In this document: one piece after another, positions 52,184-62,464 of the stretch
Layout of the letters: each line of letters starts with the position of its first letter
Position numbering within the stretch: position 1 is the stretch's first letter
NCBI GenBank assembly: GCA_001643675.2
Contig: LSRY02000035.1
Span: 806,001 to 870,000, forward strand
Source of the DNA: Monocercomonoides exilis PA203
Lineage: Eukaryota; Protista; Preaxostyla
Direction: 5' to 3'
Length of the DNA stretch: 64,000 nucleotides
Position numbers and translations under genes: made by a program
Notes under the pieces: model-generated
Databases searched by the model: none
What the model was told of the DNA's origin: nothing
Seen by the model: only the letters and a program-made list of their open reading frames with translations

Positions 52184-55100
52184 ATGCAGTCAAAGAAAGG
52201 AAAAGAAAGGAACTTTCGAGAAATAACAATCGGAAGTCATTACGACAAAGAGTTTCCATCCAACTATGTCAGCACAACAAAATATCATCCACTGACATTT
52301 ATTCCAAAGAATTTATTGGAACAATTTAGACGACTTGCGAATTTGTATTTTTTGATGATTGCCATTCTTCAATTGATTCCAAACTTGACAACACTAAATC
52401 CTGTCACTTCAATTTTACCGTTAATTTTTGTTGTTTTGGTAACGATGATTAAAGATCTTGTTGAAGACTTGAGAAGGCTGTCAAGTGATAGAATTGCAAA
52501 TAGTAAGCCTTCATTAGTTTGGAACGGTGGAGAATTTGTTAAAATTCCATGGAAAGATATTAAAGTTGGACACCTTGTGAAAGTTGAATGCGATGAGCTT
52601 GTTCCAGCTGATCTAGTAATCATTTACTCTCCATTGGAACTTGGAGTTTGTAATATTGAAACTTCAAATCTGGATGGAGAAACCAATTTGAAAACAAAAC
52701 AAGCAATCAAGCTTGAAGGACTTTATGCAGACTTTATAAATGATATCAATTGTTTGAAAGGAAAAATTCGATGCGACAATCCACATCCAAATTTACATGT
52801 TTTCAATGGGACTTATTCTCTTCTCGGATTGAGAGACAAACCAATCAATAACACAAACATGATTTTACGATCTTGCTCACTGAGAAACACTCCATACGTT
52901 ATTGGACTTGTTGTATATACTGGGCATGAAACAAAAATCATGATGAATACTGGCGTATCTCCTATGAAGAAAACGAAACTCGAAAAGCTGCTGAACATTT
53001 TTGTATTTATAGCATTTGCATTTCAGCTTCTATTTTGTGTGTTTTGTGCGGCTATGTCAGAAATCTTTATAATCCGGAACAAAGATCATTCATATTTGGG
53101 GATAGGGAATGATAGTCCTCTTTCTGTTGTTGTACGATCCTTTTTTTCGCATGTCATTCTCTTCAACACGCTCATCCCGATCTCTCTTTACGTCACACTT
53201 GAGGTGGTAAAGCTGGGGCAAGTGCTGTTCATCAACCAGGATCTGCAGATGTTCGATCCAAAGAGCGACACACGCGCAAATGCCCGAACATCCAACTTGA
53301 ACGAGTCGTTGGGAATGGTCGAGTACGTGTTCAGTGACAAGACAGGCACACTGACACAGAATGTGATGCAGTTTTTCAAGTGCTCAATCGGCGGGCGTGT
53401 GTTCGGGAAGGGCATTTCTGAGATAAAAGCATCAGAAATGCGGAGAAATGGAGACAAAGCAGCAAAGCCAACAGGACGTGGGTTTGAAGATGATGACCTT
53501 GCTGCACTTTTGATGGGCAGAGAAATTCAGGCAGAGTCATCTGACGAAAAAGAAGACGAGGAGGACTCAGAATACGAGAATGTTAAGATCATCAACGATC
53601 CGAATGATCTCGAAGAAAGCGAAGAAGAAGACGATGATGATGATTCATTGGTGGGCTCATTTCACGTTAGTACCGAAACACTTCGCCAATTCGCTTTTGA
53701 CTTCTTCACTGCACTTTCGCTGTGTCACACGTGCATAACAGAAGCAGACACAGAGAACAACATGACAAGCGGTTCGCTTTCGTTGCCTTATGATTCACCA
53801 CAACAGCACTCCCACTATTCAGAGCAGCATCAACTTTACTCTGCATCGCTTGGTCCACGCGGGTCTGACGATTTATCCTTCGATCTGTCTGATTCGAGTG
53901 TTGCACCATCAGAAATCTCCTTCTCGTCGTCGATGATGTCTTCTTCCTCCTCTTCTTTCCAGTCACATGGCAATTCTTATCTTTCTTCTGGTGACTCTCC
54001 CCAGACAGTTGCCCCCAGAATATACAAGGCATCCTCGCCTGATGAAGGCGCACTGGTCAAAGCTGCCTCCTCGTTGGGATTTGAGTTCCTGGATAAGGAA
54101 AGAAACGGCTACGTTGTGAGGATGCTTCCAGCAGCGGCTCTACATCTGAATCACTCCACTCCTCGTGCTTCTGTTTCAAATGCACACTCACCACATTCAT
54201 TTGCTCCATCTCATATGACTGTTTCTTCTACATCTTCTTCTTTATCATCGCCTATTTCATACAACAAGCAATCCTTTTCACTTCATAACACCTCATCTTC
54301 ATATTCATCTCTTACACCTTCTTATTCGTCCAACTCTCTTGATAGACAAAACCCTTCTTTTTCTCCTCAAACATCTTCCAGTGAAAGTGCGAATGAGCTG
54401 CAAAAAGCAGTCAAAGTGCCTGTGACGTTTGAAGTGCTGCATGTGCTCGAATTCAACTCCGACCGGAAGCGGAACTCAGTGATTGTGAAGCTACCCAACG
54501 ACCACATCCGAATGTATTCGAAGGGTGCTGATGCGACAATGGTGCCGCTGCTGTCAAAGACGAAGACAGATAAAGCATTACTACAGACGACACTGGCACA
54601 GATGGAGGAGTTTGCGGAGGAAGGTCTCAGGACACTTGTGGTGGCACAGAGAGACATCGAAGATGTGATGTGGTACAAGCAGTGGGAGAAGAGGTATTTG
54701 GCAGCTCAGAATGCGATGAATGACAGGCAGAAGAAGATTGATGCAGTTGCTGCAGAGATCGAAGTGGAAATGGAGCTGATTGGAGCAACAGCCATCGAAG
54801 ACAAGCTGCAGGAGGGTGTTCCAGAATGCATCGAAGTGCTGCGAAAGGCGGGGATAAAAGTGTGGGTGCTGACAGGAGACAAGCAGGAGACAGCAATCAA
54901 CATCGGCTTTGCATGCAATCTGCTAACGAGGGATATGCAGATGATCACGGTGTCTGGAGACAACGAAACATTGATCAGGAAGCAGATGAATGAACTGGCA
55001 CACATCTTTGCGACCATTCCTGCATCACACTTTATGAACTATGCTCTGGTGATTGAAGGGTCTGCACTTTCGTATTGCTTATCAGACACAATGCTCTCTG

Positions 55101-56383
55101 CCACACTGGCTGTCTGTATGAAGTGTGGGGTTGTTGTCTGCTGCAGAGTATCTCCCAAACAGAAGGCTGATGTTGTGGGCGCCATTCGCGACAACAGCGA
55201 TGCAACAACACTTTCCATTGGCGATGGAGCAAACGATGTGCCGATGATACAAAGGGCGCATGTTGGCGTGGGGATCAGCGGAAACGAAGGAATGCAGGCT
55301 GTAATGTCGTCGGATTATTCAATTGCGCAGTTCAGATTCCTGCAAAGATTGCTATTGGTGCACGGAAGGCTCAGCTACAAGCGCATTTCGCTGGTTGTGC
55401 TGTACTCGTTTTATAAGAACTTCTCGTTCACTCTGACGATGTTCTGGTTCGGCTGGTTCAACGGCTTTTCTGCTCAGTCAATGTATGAGTCATGGTTTAT
55501 TTCCCTGTTCAACTTGGTCTTCACAGTTGCTCCGATTGTGGTGTATGGTCTGGCAGATGCAGAAATCCCACCAGACACGCTTGCAGACATTCCAGCGTCA
55601 TATGCACTGGGAAGACTAGGCAGAGCAGCGACGCCTGCTTCGTTCATCAAATGGATAGCGGAGGGCATTTGGACGTCTTTTGCTTCCTTTTTCCTGGCGC
55701 TGTTTGTGTTCCAGACGAATGTGCAGTTAGATGGAAGAAGCGAAGACATCTGGTTCTTCGGGAATGCCATCTGCACAGCAGTCATCATCACAGTCACTCT
55801 CAGGCTGTTTATCGAGTGCAACCTTGTCACCTGGATACACTGGCTCATCTTTCTCCTCTCTGTAGTTGCGTGGTTCCTTGTAGCGATCATATTCAATCTT
55901 GGTCTACAGCCGAAGCTGACAGGCTCTTTCTGGAGGAACTGCCAATCGTCTGTGTTCTGGCTGTACATTTGTGTTACGCCTATCGTCTGCATTCTCCCTT
56001 CAGTTTTGATTCGGGGAATCAAACACGCATTCCATCCGACAATAGACAGAATCATAGCAGAGAATGAACACGTGCTGCGCCATCACTACACCAACCACCA
56101 CTGGCGCACACAGCATCCAGCAGATGTGGAGATGGAGGACTCTGATGTGGATGCCCTCGACAGCACAGCGTCCTCCTTGTCTGCCACACAGCCACTTATT
56201 GAGACATCTGACGATGCATCTGTCATCCCCTCTCTTTCTGATGGCCCCTTGTTGGATCACACCCCTCCACCCATCCCTCACTTCCTCCCGCAACACCGCA
56301 AGACACGCACTGGATATGCATTCACGTGGACTGAGGCCCTTCCAGACCCTGCACCTCCTACTGCTTCTTTTGCTTTCACTTGA
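52184..56383 (+). CDS. P4-type ATPase (phospholipid flippase), intronless
   Basis: NYVSTTKY, DGETNLK, PISLYVTLE, FSDKTGTLTQN (phospho-Asp), ASSPDEGALV, FNSDRKR, KGAD, TGDKQETAINIG, CCRVSPKQK, GDGANDV, LLLVHG, plus a C-terminal GYAF motif. Confidence 0.97.
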   Translation: MQSKKGKERNFREITIGSHYDKEFPSNYVSTTKYHPLTFIPKNLLEQFRRLANLYFLMIAILQLIPNLTTLNPVTSILPLIFVVLVTMIKDLVEDLRRLSSDRIANSKPSLVWNGGEFVKIPWKDIKVGHLVKVECDELVPADLVIIYSPLELGVCNIETSNLDGETNLKTKQAIKLEGLYADFINDINCLKGKIRCDNPHPNLHVFNGTYSLLGLRDKPINNTNMILRSCSLRNTPYVIGLVVYTGHETKIMMNTGVSPMKKTKLEKLLNIFVFIAFAFQLLFCVFCAAMSEIFIIRNKDHSYLGIGNDSPLSVVVRSFFSHVILFNTLIPISLYVTLEVVKLGQVLFINQDLQMFDPKSDTRANARTSNLNESLGMVEYVFSDKTGTLTQNVMQFFKCSIGGRVFGKGISEIKASEMRRNGDKAAKPTGRGFEDDDLAALLMGREIQAESSDEKEDEEDSEYENVKIINDPNDLEESEEEDDDDDSLVGSFHVSTETLRQFAFDFFTALSLCHTCITEADTENNMTSGSLSLPYDSPQQHSHYSEQHQLYSASLGPRGSDDLSFDLSDSSVAPSEISFSSSMMSSSSSSFQSHGNSYLSSGDSPQTVAPRIYKASSPDEGALVKAASSLGFEFLDKERNGYVVRMLPAAALHLNHSTPRASVSNAHSPHSFAPSHMTVSSTSSSLSSPISYNKQSFSLHNTSSSYSSLTPSYSSNSLDRQNPSFSPQTSSSESANELQKAVKVPVTFEVLHVLEFNSDRKRNSVIVKLPNDHIRMYSKGADATMVPLLSKTKTDKALLQTTLAQMEEFAEEGLRTLVVAQRDIEDVMWYKQWEKRYLAAQNAMNDRQKKIDAVAAEIEVEMELIGATAIEDKLQEGVPECIEVLRKAGIKVWVLTGDKQETAINIGFACNLLTRDMQMITVSGDNETLIRKQMNELAHIFATIPASHFMNYALVIEGSALSYCLSDTMLSATLAVCMKCGVVVCCRVSPKQKADVVGAIRDNSDATTLSIGDGANDVPMIQRAHVGVGISGNEGMQAVMSSDYSIAQFRFLQRLLLVHGRLSYKRISLVVLYSFYKNFSFTLTMFWFGWFNGFSAQSMYESWFISLFNLVFTVAPIVVYGLADAEIPPDTLADIPASYALGRLGRAATPASFIKWIAEGIWTSFASFFLALFVFQTNVQLDGRSEDIWFFGNAICTAVIITVTLRLFIECNLVTWIHWLIFLLSVVAWFLVAIIFNLGLQPKLTGSFWRNCQSSVFWLYICVTPIVCILPSVLIRGIKHAFHPTIDRIIAENEHVLRHHYTNHHWRTQHPADVEMEDSDVDALDSTASSLSATQPLIETSDDASVIPSLSDGPLLDHTPPPIPHFLPQHRKTRTGYAFTWTEALPDPAPPTASFAFT

Positions 56384-57537
56384 GCTTTCGAAGAATTGTC
56401 ACTCAATATTTTTTTCCTTTCTGATTGGCGATTATTAGTTTTGTGCTCAATCGCCTGCACATATCGGTTTCGTTCATAAATATTATTCAAATTACCTTTT
56501 TTTATTTTTTTTTTAAAAATTTATATCCATATGCATGATTTTCAGTAAATATTTTTAAACATTTTTGTATTTTGATCTTTTAATAGAAAGTAACAACAAT
56601 TGTATCTTCACAAATAGACTTTATTGTTAGACTTTGATTCATCACATAAGTTAAATCAAAAACCATGATTTATGAAAAAACATTTGACAAATGAATGAAA
56701 ACTATTAGGGAGTATAGCCTTTGAAGAAGAAATGGAAAGTGAAAATATGCGATCTTTTTTTGTTGAAGATATTGCTCTTTGGAAATATTAAAACAAACAT
56801 CGAAAAATAAAATGAAATTCACTAATACACTTTATAAGAGAACTCAATATGAAAATATTTTGGTTAATTCTGGAATAAAACATTTTGAAAATTGATCATA
56901 AAACCTCAATAAATTATTAAATTCAAAATTTAAAGTTTTGTTCTTGCAAACAGAAACTTTTTAAGGTTTCTATAACGAACCAGAAATTGCGTGATATATT
57001 TTAATATCGTTTGTTTCATTTTTAATTTGGATAAAATGATTTCGACCTTGGATAATCATTGTTATTCAGAATTTTATGGAACAGAAATTGATTAATGAAA
57101 AACATTTTGAAAATTCTCAAAAAATCTCGTTAAAAAATGAGAGTTTACTTATGCATTGCGCAAAATCTCCTTTGAAACAGGTTCTTTATTGAATTTTTCC
57201 AAAGGAAACGTTAATTTTTATTCGATAAATTATCACTTAGATTTCTAAACCTTCAGATTTTCAGCAATCACCATTTAATCTAGAATCTTCTTTTTCTTGT
57301 TTGTGCATTTTTATTTCTTGTTGTATATTTATTTAATAATTTCTTTATTTTATTAAAGCGAACAATCATCTTTCTTCAAGTTCATTCAAAAGCTCTTCGT
57401 CTTACGTTACGGCTTACCAAGAATTACTTGACAACAAAGAGCATCTGCGAAATCCAGACAACCAGTCGCAATTGGATCAAACATCTTTTTTTTCAACGAT
57501 TAGCGAAAAGAACAGTTTAAACTTTCAAAAAACAGAA

Positions 57538-60500
57538 ATGCAGACGAGGAATTTATCTTCAACAATGCAACAAAAACCTAAATTTTCTGTTCCAACAAGA
57601 ATTCCACCTCAAACATCTTTTTCAGACACTTCTCAAAATGAAACATGGAGAAGTGATCCTTTTTGTGTGACAGTACTTCAAGAGGAAAATCCTTCATTGA
57701 CACCACTTGAAGAGGAGAGGACAGGAAAGCTGACACACCATTTGAAACATGGAGCAAAAAACTGTCAGGCAGCTTATTTTGAAAATCAAGAAAGTTCAGA
57801 TGATGAGTTACCACCATCTCAAATGGGGTTGCGTTCACCAATTATCGAAGCTCGAAACATGTTTACGCCACCAAAGAAAGAGAAAAAGTCAAAAAAATCT
57901 GACAGTTTGCAAATTATTAAACCAAATAATATTTGATTTTTTTTTAAAAAAATTTGCTCAATTGATGTTTAATTGATGTAAACTGTGAAATGTCAAAACT
58001 CAATGGAAATTTTAGATAGCAAAGAAGCATACATTCATCGACGTTACAAAGGGAGCGCTGCTTTTAAAGCATATGATACAAGCGCAGCTGCAAATTCGCG
58101 TAAAGAAGACGATAGCCTTCCGTTGTACAGAGCCTATTTTGGTGTTGAAGAACTTCTAAGAGAAAAAGAAGAAGAGAGATTGAGGATGAACGATGCAATT
58201 TCAGAACAGGAAAGAATCGGACTAAGTAACATTGAAGAAGACGAAGACGGATTTATTGGAGAAACTTTGCCCACTACTCCAAAAATGAAGTCATCAATAT
58301 CAAAATCTCAAACGTTTTCTCCTTTCTTCTCTTCCACGACACCACAACATTCACCAATTCTTGTTGCTTCATCAGAAATATACTCAACTCCACCTCCGCC
58401 ATTGCCAAGTCCTCTTAAACAATACGATTCGCTTCTAACCTGCCAGCGAAATCTTCTGAGATACCCATCACGTCAATCGAGAAAGGAACGACACAGACGG
58501 AACAAAGCTGCAATTTATGGTTTGAAAAGTTCTTCTCCTACAAACCAAAAAGGAGAAGATAAAACGGGACTTACGCAAAACAAACCACTTTTTAGTCAGT
58601 CTCAACAAGAACAAATAAAACAAGAGCAAAAGCCAATTCACACATCTGCATATCCATTATCACCTCCACTTTATTCCAAGTCTCCTGAATCTCTTTCAAC
58701 TCCTCTCAAGGTTTCATTTCTTCATACACCAGTCACTTCATCTCCTTCAACTTCTTCGTCAGTCCTGACTGCGTCTTCCTCGTCACCTTTACCATCTTCA
58801 TCATCTTCTTCTATTTCTTCACCAGTACCCTCAACTACTGCTTCTTCATCAATTGCTACCTCTGTTACCTCAACTCAATCCGCCGAGTCTACACCGACCG
58901 AATCATTGACTGAAAACAACTCACCACAATCTGCCAAGTTAAATTCCTCATCTTCCACTTCTTCTCTTTCTTCATCCAGAAACTCTTCTCTGTCAATGTT
59001 GCCTGAGATGGAAGCCTTCCGACAGACTGTCATCGCATCTACACCAACAATCAAGCCGCCAGAGTGGATAAATGTTCTCTCTCCTTCTCCATTGTCGCGC
59101 CGACATCTTTCTTTTGACGAAGCGATTGTTGAAGTTGATGAAGAGGACACGGACATCCCCCCTCAATCGCATTCACAACCTCTTCCTTCTGCAACAGAGC
59201 CTTTGCAGGCAGAAGAAGCTCCTCTTTCAGATCCTTTTGCTGCTGTGCAGAAACTTCCTCATCTGAGTACAGATCCATCACCATTTACTCGTTCTTCTCT
59301 CACTGGAAGGACAGATCCTTCAGAAGTTAAACGCTCAGATCGCTCGCAATCATTAACAGTAACATTGACTCAACATCCAAATACAACCCAATCAACAAAC
59401 AACACATCAAAGCTTGCAATTGTGCTGAACGCAGAAGACGAAGGAAAATTAATAAATGAAAGCAAGCACCCAGAAACATGGCAGCAAAATGGAGCAGTAG
59501 ATTTAGCAGCAAGCCTTAATTCTTTTCAAAAGCTACCACAATCTCCTTCATCATTTCATCGTCGTTCTCTTTCGCAGAATTCTCCTTCTCGCGAACTTAC
59601 AGCATCATCTTTGGGTGCACAAGCCGCAGCAGGTGATCGTCGGCACACCATTGCATCTTTCTCTCCATCATCTCTTTCTGATGAGATGAGCTCAAGAATG
59701 AGTCCACCAGCAGACGAGGCAGAGGCAATGTGGAAAGAGCCATTATCTCCAAGAGCGCAGGAGAAAGAGAGGGAAAAAGTGAAAGGATTACATTCAGCAA
59801 TTTTGCGATCAGTTGGAATCTTAAAAGGATCGATCTACACAAAGAAGAAGAATGAAGCAAACGGAGTAGCAGCAAAGAGCAAGAGAAGTCTGTCCCCATA
59901 TACAAGCGAATCTGCAAATAGCACGCTTAGAAGAGGAAATCAAGACTTTTTGAACTCATCTTCAGTCTCGGGAAAATCAAATTCGTATTTCAGATCGTTA
60001 AACTCTTCTTATACAATGGCTTCAGCAAATGAGGATGAGTCGAGAAGAGGAGGTGATGTTGTACCCGACGAAGAGAATGTGCTATTAAACACATTCAAAG
60101 AGCTCACACTAAAGAACACTGCAATTCCTGAAATCATTTCTTCCTCATCCACTTCTACGTTTGATTTATGCAAAACATCGCAAAAGAATGAAATACATAC
60201 AGAAGCGAATACAACATTTGACAAAACAAAAACGAAGAAAGCTGCAAGCAAAGAGGTTTCTTTTCTCAAAGAAGATGGAGGATTCCAGCATCCACCAACA
60301 GCTGTTTCTTCTCTTGCTCGAGCAATTCTTACTGAATATGCAAAAGAAGAAGCAAAAATAAGAGAAAACAAAACACAAATAAAGGAGGATGACAAAGATG
60401 CTTTGTCAGTCTCCGGAGTGGAAGGAGAATACGGCGCAGCTTACGGAGCGAGCGATGCATTTGGACTTGAAGGGGCTGGAGAGAGCGGGAAATTGAAAGT

Positions 60501-61781
60501 TAAATCAGAGGCTTTGCCATCGGAAACAAACAAAATGAGATGGCTGAACGAAAACAGAGTACAAAAAATGATTTCACCAGCAGCTGTGAAGGTTCTTTTT
60601 TCAATGACGCAGCAACAAAAAATAACTAGTGAAGAAAGAAGTGAGAATGAAACAAAAATGAACAGTGCCGATGACCCAGAACATTCACAAATGCAACATA
60701 GCTCAACCGAATATAGTGAATTTGGAAAGCAAAGCGAAGAGGAGGAAGCAACGGAAGAGAAAATACCGGCACGAGACGAGAGCAAAACAAGCATAACAAT
60801 AATTATTGAAAAAGAGAAAAATAGCGAGAGCGAAGAAAAAGAATTAGAAAGCGATGATTCAAGTGAAACAGAATGGGAAAAGTCGCATGGAAATGAATGG
60901 GCTGAACAAATAAAGAAACGGTCGTTAAGGAAAAAGAGCAGCAAGAGAGAAGGAGAAGGAGAAGGAGAAGGAGAAGATGAAGATGAAAGCGATGAGGAAG
61001 AAGAAAACGATCAGCTCGAAGAAGATAAATGCGAAAGTGCTTCAAGCCTTCCATTTTCAAGCGACGAACACGAACAGCGCAAGTCAAACACAAAGACAAC
61101 ACATGAAAAACGGAAACATTTGACACAAACACAGCTGACATATGGCAAATCTTTCGATGAAGTGGCTCAGATGCCTCAACAAAACGCAAAAATTTCTGCA
61201 AATGAAGACACACGATTATCAGAAACACGGCAAAAGATGAAAGAAGAAAGAGAACAGAGAGAAGAAAGAATGAGAAGGAGAGAAATTGAAAAACAAAAGC
61301 GGCTGAAAGAAGTCCAACGAATTGCCAAGAAAGGAAAATGGGGACTCACTCTTAGAAATGCAAAACGTATGCTTTTTTCACCTTTTCGACATGTTTTTAT
61401 AAATTTAAACACTTTTATATTTTTGAAAAAAAATTTGTTTAAAATTCATTTTTAGCTGAACAACCATCAGCGCTGTCTCAAAAGATAAAAAAATTGAAAG
61501 AAAAAGAAGAGCGTCGGGAAGCGACTCAGATTCTTGCGGGTCAGATGCCAACTCGTGTATTAATGCTGATGACAAAACCAGACACGCGGGAATCTCTTGC
61601 ACTCCGCCCAGCCAGATTCGCGCCTCAGCGGATGTCTCGACATGAAAGCGTCGAAAAAGCGAGGCAGTTGCTTGCTGGACGGACCATTTCTATGCTTTCA
61701 ACAGAAGCAACTCCAGAAGATTTGGCCCTTCAAGAGTTTTCTGATCCAAACGGAACAAAGCTTGGTGGAAGTACATTGTAA
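57538..61781 (+). CDS. Hypothetical intrinsically disordered protein (Ser/Pro/acidic), 3 exons
   Basis: ORFs 57472-57936, 57985-61455 and 61494-61781 join in frame via introns 57905-58015 (A|gtttgc...ttag|AT) and ~61367-61455 (C|gtatgc...ttag|CT). No recognisable domain; start uncertain. Confidence 0.7.
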
Positions 61782-62464
61782 ATATCACACATTATTTCAT
61801 ATCATTTGAGATTTGTTAATTATTTTTCTGAAATTCTATTCATGCTTCTTCAAATAAACACTTTGAAGAATTCATTTTCTTTCACAAACACCACCCTTTC
61901 CAATTGACTAATTTATTTAAAGGAAATTTATTTTTCTTTTATTTTCATCCATTTATTCAAAAATCACATGAATGATAAAACCCTTTCTCTCTTTTTCAAT
62001 TCCATTTCATTTTTTTCATTAATTTTTCTTCAATCTCAAAACGATAAACAATCCAAGTTTAATCGTAGATATTTTCTTTCAAATAATGTTGTTTCAATAT
62101 TCACGACTCATTTTGAAGTTTGAAAGAATTAGAGTAAAATTCAGGATGTTATTAAATTTTCAATATTAAAAATAATAAATTAAACTTCCTAAAAACATAG
62201 TCATAACGTTGAACAACATAATGAATAAAAACAAAGATATTGCTCTTTTTGTGATTCTTTCACGACAAATTCATAAATAATAAATTATTATTATTAAATA
62301 AAAAATCTGATATTTCTCTTCATTCCGAAGCAATTTTGTTGTGTCCATATTTTTCATTTATAAATGTGTTTATAATTCACTGTCCTTTGTGAAAAAATAC
62401 GAAAAAGATCAGTTAATGGGCAGTAGTGTCGATAATAATATAAATTATGGCTTGTTTTTGGAAC

